A program made the translations under genes and the position numbers. 64,000 nt of DNA from an uncultured Gammaproteobacteria bacterium (GTDB lineage: Bacteria > Patescibacteriota > Microgenomatia > Woykebacterales > RBG-16-39-9b), in the NCBI GenBank assembly GCA_964643435.1, contig CAZXPY010000001.1:74802-138801 (forward strand). Direction: 5' to 3'. Below are positions 40,037 to 50,713 of the stretch, one piece after another (positions within the stretch are counted from its first letter, which is position 1; the number at the start of each line of letters is the position of its first letter). The notes beneath the pieces were generated by a model that had not been told where the DNA came from, made no database searches, and saw only the letters and a list, made by a program, of their open reading frames with translations.

Positions 40037-41029
40037 ATGAAAGAGTATAAAGGTAAAAAAGTTCTGGTCTTTGGTGGTTTGGGGTTTATGGGGGTTAATC
40101 TTTGTCGGGAGCTTTATTTAAGTGGAGCTAAACTCTCTATATTTGATTTAAATATTACTAACCAGGTTCAAAAAAAACTAAAAAATTTAAATATTAAAGC
40201 CATTCGTGGGGATATTACGGTCCTTGACGATTGCTTAAAGGCCGTTTCTGAAGCGGAAATAATTTTTAATTTGGCTGGTCGGAGTGGGGCAGCCGCTTCG
40301 ATGGAAAACCCCTTCTTAGATTTAAAAGTTAATGGATTCGGGGTTTTGAATATTTTAGAAGCAGCCAGGGCTTATAATCCAGAAGTGAAAATTGTTTTTC
40401 CAGGTTCAAGATTACAATTTGGGAAGGTGGAAAAATTGCCGGTTGCGGAAGACCATCCAATGAGACCAACTAGCCTTTACGGTATTCATAAACTTCTTGG
40501 TGAAAATTATCACCTCTCTTACCACCATTTTTATGGTTTAAATACTTGCGTTTTGCGGTTCTCTAATCCTTATGGTCCTCATTTAAGAATGAAAAAGCAA
40601 GAATATAACATTTTTAATTATTTTATTGAATTAGCTCTGCAAAAGGGCGTTCTAAAAGTTTATGGCGATGGTAGCCAAATACGGGATTATATTTTCATAG
40701 AAGATGTTGTCAACGCCTTCTTGGCTGGAGGAATAAATAAAGCCGCAAACGGTGAAGTTTTTAACGTTGGTAGTGGAGTCGGAACTGCCTTTATTGAGGC
40801 TGCAAAGACTATAGTGAAAGTAGTCGGAAAGGGAAGGATCGAGCAGATTTCTTGGCCAAAACAAGCCCAAAACTTAGAGACTGGAGATTATATAGCGGAT
40901 ATCACTAAAATAAAAAAAGTTTTGGGTTGGGAACCGAAATACTCCTTAACTAACGGAATCAAAGAAACTGTTTCTTGGTTTAAACAAAAGAAAGATGATT
41001 TCTACGCATCACTAGAGGGGCGAAGTTGA
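40037..41029 (+). CDS. NAD-dependent NDP-sugar epimerase/dehydratase/reductase (extended SDR)
   Basis: GGLGFMG, FNLAG, YGIHK, R.SNPYGP, YGDGSQIRDY. Confidence 0.88.
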   Translation: MKEYKGKKVLVFGGLGFMGVNLCRELYLSGAKLSIFDLNITNQVQKKLKNLNIKAIRGDITVLDDCLKAVSEAEIIFNLAGRSGAAASMENPFLDLKVNGFGVLNILEAARAYNPEVKIVFPGSRLQFGKVEKLPVAEDHPMRPTSLYGIHKLLGENYHLSYHHFYGLNTCVLRFSNPYGPHLRMKKQEYNIFNYFIELALQKGVLKVYGDGSQIRDYIFIEDVVNAFLAGGINKAANGEVFNVGSGVGTAFIEAAKTIVKVVGKGRIEQISWPKQAQNLETGDYIADITKIKKVLGWEPKYSLTNGIKETVSWFKQKKDDFYASLEGRS

Positions 41030-42111
41030 TGGAAGTTATTTATAGTGTGGGGAGTAAAATCCCTGGAGGTGGGATTGGTAACGTTGCCTATTATGCAATC
41101 GATGCTTTAAAGAAACGAAAAATTTTAAAGAAATCCATATCAACCGGTGGTCAAATCGCTGATGTTAAATTCCCATTTCTTAATTTGGTTCCTAGTTGGG
41201 TAATAAAGGATAATTTGTTTGATTTTTTTTCCTCTTTTTTTGTCGAGAAATGCAGTATTTTCCACGGTTGGAATAATATGTGCTATTTGGCCGCAAAACG
41301 CGCCAAAAAATTTGGAGCAAAAATAGTAGTGGAGAGGGCTTCATCTCACATCAAAACCCAAGAAGATCTTTTAAAAGAAGAGTACAAAATCTGGGGGATT
41401 GAAGGCTCAGCAATAGATTCTTTTACCTTGAAAAAATCCTTACTTGAATATGAAATTGCTGATTATATATTAGTCCCGTCGGTATTTGCTAGGAAAAGTT
41501 TTTTAGATTGGGGGGTAGATCCGCGTAAAGTAAAATTATTACCTTTCGGTGTAGATTTGAATAAATTTAAAAAGAAGCAAAAACTCCCAGAAAAATTTAC
41601 TTGTTTATTTGTGGGGCAAGTAGGAATTCGTAAAGGGGTGCAATACTTACTGAAAGCCTGGAGAAGCTTAGCCTTAAAGAACAGCGAGTTAATAATCGTC
41701 GGCCCTATCTTCCCGGATTTCAAAAAATTTTTAAAAGATTTTGTGCTGCTTGAAAGCGTAAAATTTGTTGATTATAGCCGAGATTTACCGGCTCTTTATA
41801 AAAACGCTAGTGTATTCGTCTTTCCTTCAATTGAAGAAGGCAGTGCTCTCGTAACTTATGAGGCTATGGCGGCTGGTTTGCCGATTATTACGACAAGAAA
41901 CAGCGGTTCTCTTATCGAAGAAGGAAAAAGCGGTTTTATCGTTCAAATTAGAGATTTCAACTCCCTGGCTGAAAAAATAGAGTACTTTCATGATAATCCT
42001 TCAAAAATTTTAGAATTTGGTAATAATGCTCGTAAAACAATCGAAAATTACTCTTGGAGCGCTTATAAAAAAAAATTAATTAATTTTTATTCAAGGATTA
42101 AATATGACTAG
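41026..42111 (+). CDS. GT4 glycosyltransferase
   Basis: FVGQVGIRKG; EEGSALVTYEAMAAGLP. Confidence 0.9.
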   Translation: MMEVIYSVGSKIPGGGIGNVAYYAIDALKKRKILKKSISTGGQIADVKFPFLNLVPSWVIKDNLFDFFSSFFVEKCSIFHGWNNMCYLAAKRAKKFGAKIVVERASSHIKTQEDLLKEEYKIWGIEGSAIDSFTLKKSLLEYEIADYILVPSVFARKSFLDWGVDPRKVKLLPFGVDLNKFKKKQKLPEKFTCLFVGQVGIRKGVQYLLKAWRSLALKNSELIIVGPIFPDFKKFLKDFVLLESVKFVDYSRDLPALYKNASVFVFPSIEEGSALVTYEAMAAGLPIITTRNSGSLIEEGKSGFIVQIRDFNSLAEKIEYFHDNPSKILEFGNNARKTIENYSWSAYKKKLINFYSRIKYD

Positions 42112-42871
42112 TTCCGTGGCAAAATATTGGGAAGAAGTTTTTAAGCACCACAGTGCTTACGAAACCGCTAATGTAGGAAAAGAGTTCTTTTTGCGCTATC
42201 AAAATAGCGCTTATGTCCAATCTATGTTGAACTTTGCAAAAATCAAAAAGGGAAAAATTTTGGAAGCGGGTTGTGGTAGTGGAAAATTTTCAGTAACCTT
42301 AGCAACTCTAGGTTTTGAGGTCTGGGCGTTAGATTATTCCGACAAAGTTTTAGAGAACGTGAAGAAATTAGCCGCTACCGCGGAAGTTTTTTTTGGGCCT
42401 CTAAAATTAAATCTCTTTAAGGGAGATTTAACTAACTTGTCCTTAAAAAGAAATTTTTTTGATATCACCTTTAACGAAGGAGTGGTTGAACACTGGCTAA
42501 TTAAAAAAGAAAGACTTGACGTCATTAAACAGATGATGTCGGTTACAAAAGTGGGCGGGGCAGTTGCGATTTTTGTTCCAAATGGCTATCACCCTTTTCA
42601 TAAATGGTGGGTTTATAGTTCTTTTAAGGGATATCTAACAGCACCACCGATGACTCTTTATAGTGTAAAGAAATTAAAAAAAGAAATGCAAGAAGTTGGT
42701 TTGGTGGCTTTAGAAAGCGATGGTTTTGATTCCTATTATAGCATCAATAAATGGCCGCGTATTAGTTTATTTGATTATCCAATTGGTTTTTTAGAAAAAA
42801 ATATTAAACCACCAAAATTTTTTCGAGAAGCTTTTGGTTTAAATATTGGTGGTTTTGGTGAGAAAGTATGA
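42104..42871 (+). CDS. Class I SAM-dependent methyltransferase
   Basis: ILEAGCGSG, ALDYS, FNEGVVEHW, IFVPN. Confidence 0.87.
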   Translation: MTSSVAKYWEEVFKHHSAYETANVGKEFFLRYQNSAYVQSMLNFAKIKKGKILEAGCGSGKFSVTLATLGFEVWALDYSDKVLENVKKLAATAEVFFGPLKLNLFKGDLTNLSLKRNFFDITFNEGVVEHWLIKKERLDVIKQMMSVTKVGGAVAIFVPNGYHPFHKWWVYSSFKGYLTAPPMTLYSVKKLKKEMQEVGLVALESDGFDSYYSINKWPRISLFDYPIGFLEKNIKPPKFFREAFGLNIGGFGEKV

Positions 42872-44307
42872 ATGTTGGTGAATCTGCCCTAAAAAGTACT
42901 TTTTTTGTTGCGATTAACTCGTACTTTAATATGGGAGTTAATTTCGTAACTGGAGTGACTTTGGCCCGGATTTTGCTTCCAGAGCATTTTGGTGTAGTGG
43001 CTTTAGCTAGCTTCTTTCTGGGTCTTTTTGGGAGGGTCAGAGAATTTGGTTTAGATCTTGCTCTAGTTCACAAACAAGAAGATATCGATAAAACTTTAAG
43101 CACTCATTTTTTCCTGCAAATACTTTTAGCCCTGGTCAATTTTATTTTAATTTTGATTGCGTTTCCGTTATTATCCCGCTATTACTCTTCTGAAACAATT
43201 TTAGTTTTACTTATTCTCGGTAGTTTTGTGATTTTAAAAGCAGCTAGCGCAACTCAAAGGGCTTATTTGGAAAAAGAGCTCCTTTTTAAATACACGACAA
43301 TTTTTGATATGGCTTCACTTTTAATTTCTTCAATTATTTCGGTGGTAGCAGCCGTTAAGGGTTTCGGTCTTTGGAGTTTAGTTTTAGGAAACACTAGTTA
43401 TACTTTTTTTAATTTTTTATTCCTTTGGATATTGCGACCTTGGAAGTTGAGGCTTGATTTTGATAGAAAAATCGCTATTTGGTTTTTTAAATTTGGCTCA
43501 TATCTATGGATTGGTGGTATAACTACTTTTATTATTTTACAATACAACGATTTTCTTATTGGGACTTTCTTAGGGATAACTATTTTAGGTTACTACTCTC
43601 GGGCTTTTAATTACTCCCAAATCCCCACAAATCTCGTCACTAGCGTTGTATCTCGCGTTGCCTTTCCAACTTACGCGAAACTCCAATCTGACAAAATAAA
43701 ACTGCAAACAACCTTCTCACTAGTCTTGCGAAATATTGTTAGGTTTTCAGCCCCAATTAGTTTAATACTTGTTCTTACCGCGGCTGATTTTATTGAGTTT
43801 CTAATCGGTCCTAAATGGCTTCCCATGGTACCGATCTTCCAGATTTTAATTGTTTACTCACTCTTGCGACCTATTTTTGATGATACCGGGTCGTTTCTGG
43901 CAGCTATTGGTAAACCAAATTTGGTCGCTAAATATCTTACTGCTATGGCAATAATTTTTCTAATTATTTCTCCGCTTCTTATGAACACTTTTGGGGCGGC
44001 AGGTGGCGCCATTTCTCTAGGGATTATCCTGTTGTTAGGAGTACTTTTAGCTTATTATTACGCTGCCCGCTTTATAAAAATTGATTTTCCTAAAATTTTC
44101 GGACCAGTTATTTTAGCAACCCTTCTTAGTGCAATTGTTTATTTTCTAATTAAAGGTTGGTACAATTTCTCTCCGCTGTCTATTTTTTACAGATTAGCAA
44201 TTGAATGGTTGATTTTGGGGGTCTCTTATCTGGTATCAATCTTTATTTTTGAGAAAAAACAAATAAAAGAGGACTTAAAACTGCTGCTCTCTATAATTAA
44301 AAAATGA
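42868..44307 (+). CDS. WzxC-like lipid-linked oligosaccharide flippase
   Basis: LARILLPEHFG, LGYYSRA, RVAFP.YAKLQ.D, G.KW.PMVP; about 12-14 TM segments. Confidence 0.88.
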   Translation: MNVGESALKSTFFVAINSYFNMGVNFVTGVTLARILLPEHFGVVALASFFLGLFGRVREFGLDLALVHKQEDIDKTLSTHFFLQILLALVNFILILIAFPLLSRYYSSETILVLLILGSFVILKAASATQRAYLEKELLFKYTTIFDMASLLISSIISVVAAVKGFGLWSLVLGNTSYTFFNFLFLWILRPWKLRLDFDRKIAIWFFKFGSYLWIGGITTFIILQYNDFLIGTFLGITILGYYSRAFNYSQIPTNLVTSVVSRVAFPTYAKLQSDKIKLQTTFSLVLRNIVRFSAPISLILVLTAADFIEFLIGPKWLPMVPIFQILIVYSLLRPIFDDTGSFLAAIGKPNLVAKYLTAMAIIFLIISPLLMNTFGAAGGAISLGIILLLGVLLAYYYAARFIKIDFPKIFGPVILATLLSAIVYFLIKGWYNFSPLSIFYRLAIEWLILGVSYLVSIFIFEKKQIKEDLKLLLSIIKK

Positions 44308-45173
44308 TTTTTTGTAGTGTTATAATACCCACCTTTAATCGAAAAGAAAAGATTAGAAAAACAATCCTGTCTTTGCTCAATCAATCTTTACCCAAGGAAA
44401 AATTTGAGATCATTATTGTAGATGACGGTAGTACTGACAGTACGCAAAATGTTGTTAAAGAGTTTGCTAAAAAAGTTATTTATTTAAGGCAGGAGAATAA
44501 AGGACCGGCAGCAGCTAGGAATTATGGAATTAGGAAAGCAAGTGGTGAGATTGTTGCCTTTACAGATGATGACTGTGTTGTTCCGTCTAGTTGGCTAGAA
44601 AAAATCTTGTCCGGGTTTGAAAAGCACGAAACAGTAGTTGCAGTTGGTGGTTATCTCGAAGCCCCAGAAGAAATTTTGAGAAGCAATATATTTGCGCGGT
44701 ACGAAAGCTTTATTAGCAGAAAAAATTACCGAGTTTCCGAAAAAGAGGAAGTTAGTGGCTGGGAGAATCCTAGTGGGGGGACTAATAATCTAGCTTATTT
44801 AAAAAGAATTATTTTGGAAGTTGGCGGTTTTGATGAAACCTTTCCGACTGCTGGTGGTGAAGACGCTGATTTAAAATGGCGAATAACCCAGAAAGGCTAT
44901 AGATTCCTCTACCTTCCTTTAAAAGTCGAGCACCATCAGGATTATAATTTTAAAGGGTTTATAAGACAAAGCCGAAATAGAGGGATCGGCGAATTCTACT
45001 TTTCTAAAAAATGGGGAGACGTTCCAACTAAAATTACCATTTTTAAAAATTTAGTTTTCGTAACCTTAAGATTCTTTAAAAAGTTAATTTTTGAAAAAGA
45101 AAGATTACTGAATATTTTAGACTTTATCTTTCAATTTAATAAAGAAAAGGTGAAACTTTCCTTACTCTCATGA
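44304..45173 (+). CDS. GT2 glycosyltransferase
   Basis: IPTFNR, DDGSTD, GPAAARN.G, FTDDDC, GGFDE.F..AGGED. Confidence 0.92.
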   Translation: MIFCSVIIPTFNRKEKIRKTILSLLNQSLPKEKFEIIIVDDGSTDSTQNVVKEFAKKVIYLRQENKGPAAARNYGIRKASGEIVAFTDDDCVVPSSWLEKILSGFEKHETVVAVGGYLEAPEEILRSNIFARYESFISRKNYRVSEKEEVSGWENPSGGTNNLAYLKRIILEVGGFDETFPTAGGEDADLKWRITQKGYRFLYLPLKVEHHQDYNFKGFIRQSRNRGIGEFYFSKKWGDVPTKITIFKNLVFVTLRFFKKLIFEKERLLNILDFIFQFNKEKVKLSLLS

Positions 45174-46276
45174 AAATTGCAGTTATTCAAAATCCAAAGG
45201 ACCGTTGGTCAACAAAAAGTATGGAGATTTATGGTCAAGAACTGCTTATTTCCCTGGAAAAAAATTTCAAAGATCTTGATATAAACTTATTTAAATTCGC
45301 CATTCCTCCGATTTTTAATTTATTACCAGCAAAGATATTATTTAAATTTAGTCGCTTTAAATATTATCCAGCTAAATTGAGGGGTATTAAGGCCGATGTT
45401 TGTCACATTGTCGATCACAGCTTTTCTAATTTTATTTACAGTTTAGATAAAGAAAGAACTGTAATAACTTGTCACGACTTGATACCGCTAAAAGAAATTG
45501 GGGGAAAAAATACTATTCAAGATAAATTTGCTTTAAACAATTTCCTTGAAATTGTGAAAGGTTTAAAAGAAGCTGCTTTTGTAATTGCTGATTCGCAAGC
45601 AACTAAAAGAGACCTGGTTGAACTTTTGCAGATTGAACCAAATAAAATTGAAGTAGTTTACTTAGGAAAAGACGAAACCTACAAAAAAATAAAAAATAAG
45701 AAAAGTTTATCTTTATTTAAAGAAAAAAATAAACTTTCCGATAAACCACTTATTCTTCACGTTGGGAATAATTTAGCCTATAAAAACATAGAAGGAATTT
45801 TAAAAGCTTTACAAATTTTAAAACAAAAAAAATTCTCTTTTGAATTTGTAAAAGTTGGTGAGAGATTTACCAAAGATCAAGCAGAGATGATTTCAAATTA
45901 CAATCTTTCAGAAGAAATTAACTACTTGGGACAATTGAATCACAAGGATTTAGTTTATCTTTACAACGCTGCTTCAGTATTAATTTACCCCTCATATTTT
46001 GAAGGGTTTGGTTTGCCAGTACTTGAATCTCTAGCCTGTGGTTTACCGACGGTTATTTCGAAAAATACTTCTTTAGAGGAGATAGCGGGTGAAGCTGGGG
46101 TTTATGTAAATCCTTATAATCCAGAATCTATAGCAAAAGGATTAGATTGGGTAATTTCTTTAGGAGATAAGGAAAGGGAGAAACTTAGTAAGAAATGTTT
46201 ACTTGTTTCAAAAAATTTTTCTTGGGATAGGACAGCGAGAGCCACTTACAGCGTTTACAAAAAAGTCTATGGTTAG
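45170..46276 (+). CDS. GT4 glycosyltransferase (MtfB-like)
   Basis: ITCHDLIP, S.ATKRDL, YKNIE, EGFGLPVLE. Confidence 0.92.
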   Translation: MKIAVIQNPKDRWSTKSMEIYGQELLISLEKNFKDLDINLFKFAIPPIFNLLPAKILFKFSRFKYYPAKLRGIKADVCHIVDHSFSNFIYSLDKERTVITCHDLIPLKEIGGKNTIQDKFALNNFLEIVKGLKEAAFVIADSQATKRDLVELLQIEPNKIEVVYLGKDETYKKIKNKKSLSLFKEKNKLSDKPLILHVGNNLAYKNIEGILKALQILKQKKFSFEFVKVGERFTKDQAEMISNYNLSEEINYLGQLNHKDLVYLYNAASVLIYPSYFEGFGLPVLESLACGLPTVISKNTSLEEIAGEAGVYVNPYNPESIAKGLDWVISLGDKEREKLSKKCLLVSKNFSWDRTARATYSVYKKVYG

Positions 46277-47372
46277 AATTTTAATTTCATCACATTCCTA
46301 CGTTGTAGGATTAAATCAACAAAAAATAGAAGCTCTTTCCAAAATAGACGGCCTTAAGATTAGTTTAGTAGTACCAACTACTTGGAAAGCACCGCTACGT
46401 TACACCGAACTTGAAAAGAGAACCGCTAAAACTTACCAAATTATTCCTCTTAATACTCGTTTTAACGGAAATAACGACCGTTATTTTTTCCCGTTTTTTT
46501 CACTATTCAAAATTTTCTGGAGGCTACGTCCAAAAATTGTTCATATCGAAGAAGAACCTTGGTCAGTTTCTTTACTTGAATTTAGTTTTTTAAGTAGAAT
46601 TTTTGCGGCAAAAACTATTTTTTTTACTTGGGAGAATATTGAGCGACAACACCGGTTTTGGTATAAATTATTTGAGAAGATAAACTTAAAACTAGCTTCT
46701 GGCGCGATTGCCGGTAATAGAGAAGCCAAAGATCTATTACTAAAAAAAGGTTTTCAGAAACCTATTTTAGTCTTACCGCAACTTGGTGTAGATCTTAACT
46801 CCTTCAAGAGAGAAAAAGAAAAAAATGAAAAATTCACTATTGGTTTTGTTGGTAGATTTGAAGAGCAAAAGGGAGTAATGGTCTTGCTCGATGCTGTTAA
46901 ACAGTTGCCCTTCTCCTATAAACTTTTGCTGGTTGGAAGCGGACTCTTGAAAGAAAAAATTGATTTCTATATAAAAGAAAACAACTTATTAGATAAAGTA
47001 GAGTTGATTCAAGGAGTAACTCATAACCAAGTCCCTTCTTATCTAAGCAGAATGGATTTATTAGTTTTGCCTTCTCTAACAACTTCAGTTTGGAAGGAGC
47101 AGTTCGGCCATGTTTTAGTTGAAGCAATGGTTTCTAGTGTGCCCGTTATTGGTTCAGATAGTGGGGCTATTCCAGAAGTTATCGGAGACGCAGGACTTAT
47201 TTTTAAAGAAGGAAACAGCAATGACTTAGCAAAAAAAATAGAACAATTTTTTAGAAACAAGAATTTACGCGAAGAAATGATAAAAAAAGGATTGGAAAAA
47301 GTAAAGGAAAATTATACCCAAGAAAAAATCGCTGCGGAAACTTATAATTTCTATCAAAAGATTTTAATATAA
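46269..47372 (+). CDS. GT4 glycosyltransferase
   Basis: ATG at 46269 overlaps the upstream stop; GFVGRF...KG; WKEQFGHVLVEAM. Confidence 0.9.
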   Translation: MVRILISSHSYVVGLNQQKIEALSKIDGLKISLVVPTTWKAPLRYTELEKRTAKTYQIIPLNTRFNGNNDRYFFPFFSLFKIFWRLRPKIVHIEEEPWSVSLLEFSFLSRIFAAKTIFFTWENIERQHRFWYKLFEKINLKLASGAIAGNREAKDLLLKKGFQKPILVLPQLGVDLNSFKREKEKNEKFTIGFVGRFEEQKGVMVLLDAVKQLPFSYKLLLVGSGLLKEKIDFYIKENNLLDKVELIQGVTHNQVPSYLSRMDLLVLPSLTTSVWKEQFGHVLVEAMVSSVPVIGSDSGAIPEVIGDAGLIFKEGNSNDLAKKIEQFFRNKNLREEMIKKGLEKVKENYTQEKIAAETYNFYQKILI

Positions 47373-49175
47373 TTGATACCCAATAATATTTTCTTCATCG
47401 TAGAATTTCTTTGCTTTTAAAACATTTTCAATAAGATCGACACTTAGTCCTAGACTTCTTCTTCCTTCCTCGTAATATTTTTTATGAATTAGTATGTATT
47501 TTACCTTTAAATCTTTGAAGGTTTTTTGGACGATATCTCTATTTAAATCTTCTTCTAAAACTAATTGATTTCCCGGTTCGGCAAGATAATGGAGAAGAGG
47601 TATCTTTCGGTAATAAAAAACATTTTCTGCGGGGAGTCTAGCAACTGTGCCTCTAAATATCTTTTTTTGATGAACGCTTTGGTAAAACTGTAAACTGCCG
47701 ATTGGTCCGTAACCAAAAATAAAGTTTCCAGTATTCCAGCCAACCGGTAAATCTAAAATTACAAAATCACCACTTTCGCGAGCTATATCTTGATAAATCT
47801 TTGGGACAGTAAGGTTGGTTGTAGGAAGCGATGGTGTGTATTCTATCAATAATAGGCTTACGGTAATCGCAAAAATAATCAAACCCACTTTTTTCTTGGT
47901 TCTGGAAAGAATCTCTTTTAAAGAAAAGGCGGTTAGAATTGCCAGAGGCAACATTGTAAACGGGTGCATTCTAATCGGCTCTTGGATACCGCCGATAAAG
48001 GGTAATTTGTGGTAAAAAATAAAGGGAAGCAAGAAAAACTTGGTAGGATTCAGCTCAAATTGATTAAAAGTACTTCCACTCTCAAAAAAATGAAGCCTAG
48101 GACCAAGACTTAAAATAAAAAAAGAAAAGGCTAAAAAGTAGAAAAGACCCAACTGCTTTTTTTCCTCGATATTCTTTTTAAGTAGAAAAAAGACATAAAT
48201 TAGTACTAAAAATAAAACAGTGTAGCCGATATATAGTGTACCTTCTGTACTACTGATGGCAGATGGAGCTTTCGAAAATTTATTAAGCAGAGGATTTCCC
48301 GCCCAAGGAAAGAGAAAATAAGAAATATCCGCACCGTAAACGTTTTGAACACTTAAGGAAACGCCAGGATGGAATCCCTCTTTTATGGTTTTAAAAGCAG
48401 CCAAAGCAAAAGGTGAAAAAATCACTAGGAAAGTAATGCCGGCGGTTACTAAACGTTTTAACGTAGAGGTCGAAAGCAGTTCTTTACCCCAAAAAATAAA
48501 ATAATAAAAAATAACCAGTAATGTTAAAAACATTGTGAAGGAAGTGTAGGTTAGATCATTAAGTCCCTGAAGACCAAAAAATAATCCTGTAAAAAAAGCA
48601 TTTTTGTAACTACCCTCCTTTAAAGTTTTCAATAGAAAAAGTAAATAAAAAGGAGTAAACCAGGCAGTAATTAAATTTGTATGGTAATCACCGCTTTGCG
48701 CAAAAATATAAGGAAAAAAAGCGAAGACCAAACCGGCAAAAAAGGAAGCGAGTTTTGATTTTGTTAAATAAAATGACAAAAAAAAGGTACCTAAACCTGA
48801 CAAGACAAAACCAATATAAAAAATAATATTAGAGGCAGCTATCAAGCCGAATAAAAATTGAAACGGCAGCGAAAAAATAGCATTGGTAAAGGTATGAATA
48901 TCAAAGGTTCGATTTATAACTTGAGGATAAAAAATATAATCCGTATAAAAGGGATTTTGCCTTAAATCCAATACTGAGAATTTAAACCACCACAAGTACC
49001 AGACATGGGTTGGACTATCCTCATCCACCCCTGGAATATTGGTAGTAAATTTAAATATGAGCGGAAAAGTAAAAAATATTGCGAGAAGTAAATAAATAAG
49101 AGAAATAATAAGTAAATGACGGTTAGCATTAAGTTTTTCAACTATTTTCACTGAATTAGTATACTTTTCTTTCAC
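47364..49175 (-). CDS. GT-C-fold/YfhO-like membrane protein
   Basis: DEDS...W..WWFK, FAFFPY and EGTLYIG motifs; many TM segments; C-terminal ..LDLP..YQ..H.K. Confidence 0.65.
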   Translation of the reverse strand: MKEKYTNSVKIVEKLNANRHLLIISLIYLLLAIFFTFPLIFKFTTNIPGVDEDSPTHVWYLWWFKFSVLDLRQNPFYTDYIFYPQVINRTFDIHTFTNAIFSLPFQFLFGLIAASNIIFYIGFVLSGLGTFFLSFYLTKSKLASFFAGLVFAFFPYIFAQSGDYHTNLITAWFTPFYLLFLLKTLKEGSYKNAFFTGLFFGLQGLNDLTYTSFTMFLTLLVIFYYFIFWGKELLSTSTLKRLVTAGITFLVIFSPFALAAFKTIKEGFHPGVSLSVQNVYGADISYFLFPWAGNPLLNKFSKAPSAISSTEGTLYIGYTVLFLVLIYVFFLLKKNIEEKKQLGLFYFLAFSFFILSLGPRLHFFESGSTFNQFELNPTKFFLLPFIFYHKLPFIGGIQEPIRMHPFTMLPLAILTAFSLKEILSRTKKKVGLIIFAITVSLLLIEYTPSLPTTNLTVPKIYQDIARESGDFVILDLPVGWNTGNFIFGYGPIGSLQFYQSVHQKKIFRGTVARLPAENVFYYRKIPLLHYLAEPGNQLVLEEDLNRDIVQKTFKDLKVKYILIHKKYYEEGRRSLGLSVDLIENVLKAKKFYDEENIIGYQLY

Positions 49176-49213
49176 TAGTCCTTCAAGGACTTTAAATATT
49201 GTAAAATAAACCT

Positions 49214-50695
49214 ATGATAAGGTTTTGGCGGAAGAATTGGCTTTTTGGTTGCTTATTGATTATTTTTTTTGTCGCCTACACATACCTTACTTTAACGCTG
49301 CATTATCGCTTTAACACAACTGATGCGGATCTCGCAATTTATGATCAACATGTTTGGTTTCTTTCTAGGGGAGATTTTTTGGGTTACGGTGGTACCTTCA
49401 AACCTTTCAATATTTTTGGTGATCATCTTATTTTACATTTTTTTTGGATAGCCCCACTTTATAGAATTTTTGCTGATGCAAAGATCCTGATAATAATTCA
49501 AAATCTAGCAATAGTAGGTAGCGCGATACCACTTTATCTTATTGCTAAAGAGAGTTGGAAGGATTTGGTTGCAACACTATTTTTTGTTGCTTCTTACTTA
49601 CTTTTCTACGGATTTCAAGCCGCAAGTATTTTTCCTTTTCATGGTACCACATTAAGCGTCTTCTTTATTTCTTGGCTACTATTTTTTATGTATAAAAAAC
49701 AATGGAGGTTGTTTTTCTTATTTTTAATCCTTTCTTTAGCAGCCAAAGAAGACGTTGCGACCTTTACTTTCTTTATTGGACTATATCTAATTTTTATTCA
49801 AAGAAATCTTAAAATCGGAATTATTACTTCTTTACTAAGTGTTGCTTGGTTTTATCTTAGTATTTTCAAGATAATGCCTTTCTTTGCTGCTGGTAGGCCC
49901 TACGCTTATTTTGTTGAGAGCCAGAACCAGAAATTGTTGAATCCTGTTAGATTAATCGCAGAGATGTTTTTTCCTTGGGTGAAAACGAGAACCCTGTTTT
50001 CGCTGTTTGGTTCTTTTGGTTTTCTCCCCTTATTTGCTCCTCTACAATTAGCTCTTAGCTTTCCTTTTTTGGTAGCTAGGTTTACTTCGACGACAATTCA
50101 AAGATGGCTTCCTTGGATGCACTATAGTACTAACCAGGCACCAATTTTAGGATTCGCCGCTATATTTGGATTGGTAAATTTATATGCCATCTTAAAAAAA
50201 TTCAATATCTTAAAATTTTTAGTAGCAAGTAGAATTAATTTTTATCGATATCTAACTTTAGCAACACTGCTCGCAACTACTGTAATTGGTTTTTATTACA
50301 AGATGCCCTTATATAAATTATTTGATATTAGCTTTTATAAGGAACCCCCGGGTGTCAGTACAATCAGAGAAGCACTTACAATAATCCCTAAAGATGGGGA
50401 AATATCAGTAGCAACCCAATCAGGGCTTCTGCCTCATCTCTCTCACCGAAGGAAAATCCATATGTATCCTCATCCCGCTTATTCAAACCCACCAATTGGT
50501 GAGGATTTAGGTGATGATGCTTCAATTGAAAAATACGCTATTCCAAACGTGGATTACATTATACTTTCAAAGTATGCGTTTCACTGGCGGCCAACGAACA
50601 CTCGTTTTGAGGAGGTTATAAATTTTATAAAAAAGCAACCAAATTACAAAGTACTATTCGAAAAAGAGGGAACTTTGGTAGTTAAAAAAGTATAA
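49214..50695 (+). CDS. DUF2079-like membrane protein (predicted GT-C fold)
   Basis: DLAIYDQ..W, FGDH, FH, KED, HY and PHLSHR motifs; multiple TM segments. Confidence 0.72.
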   Translation: MIRFWRKNWLFGCLLIIFFVAYTYLTLTLHYRFNTTDADLAIYDQHVWFLSRGDFLGYGGTFKPFNIFGDHLILHFFWIAPLYRIFADAKILIIIQNLAIVGSAIPLYLIAKESWKDLVATLFFVASYLLFYGFQAASIFPFHGTTLSVFFISWLLFFMYKKQWRLFFLFLILSLAAKEDVATFTFFIGLYLIFIQRNLKIGIITSLLSVAWFYLSIFKIMPFFAAGRPYAYFVESQNQKLLNPVRLIAEMFFPWVKTRTLFSLFGSFGFLPLFAPLQLALSFPFLVARFTSTTIQRWLPWMHYSTNQAPILGFAAIFGLVNLYAILKKFNILKFLVASRINFYRYLTLATLLATTVIGFYYKMPLYKLFDISFYKEPPGVSTIREALTIIPKDGEISVATQSGLLPHLSHRRKIHMYPHPAYSNPPIGEDLGDDASIEKYAIPNVDYIILSKYAFHWRPTNTRFEEVINFIKKQPNYKVLFEKEGTLVVKKV

Positions 50696-50713
50696 AATAT
50701 ATTTTTACCGGGT

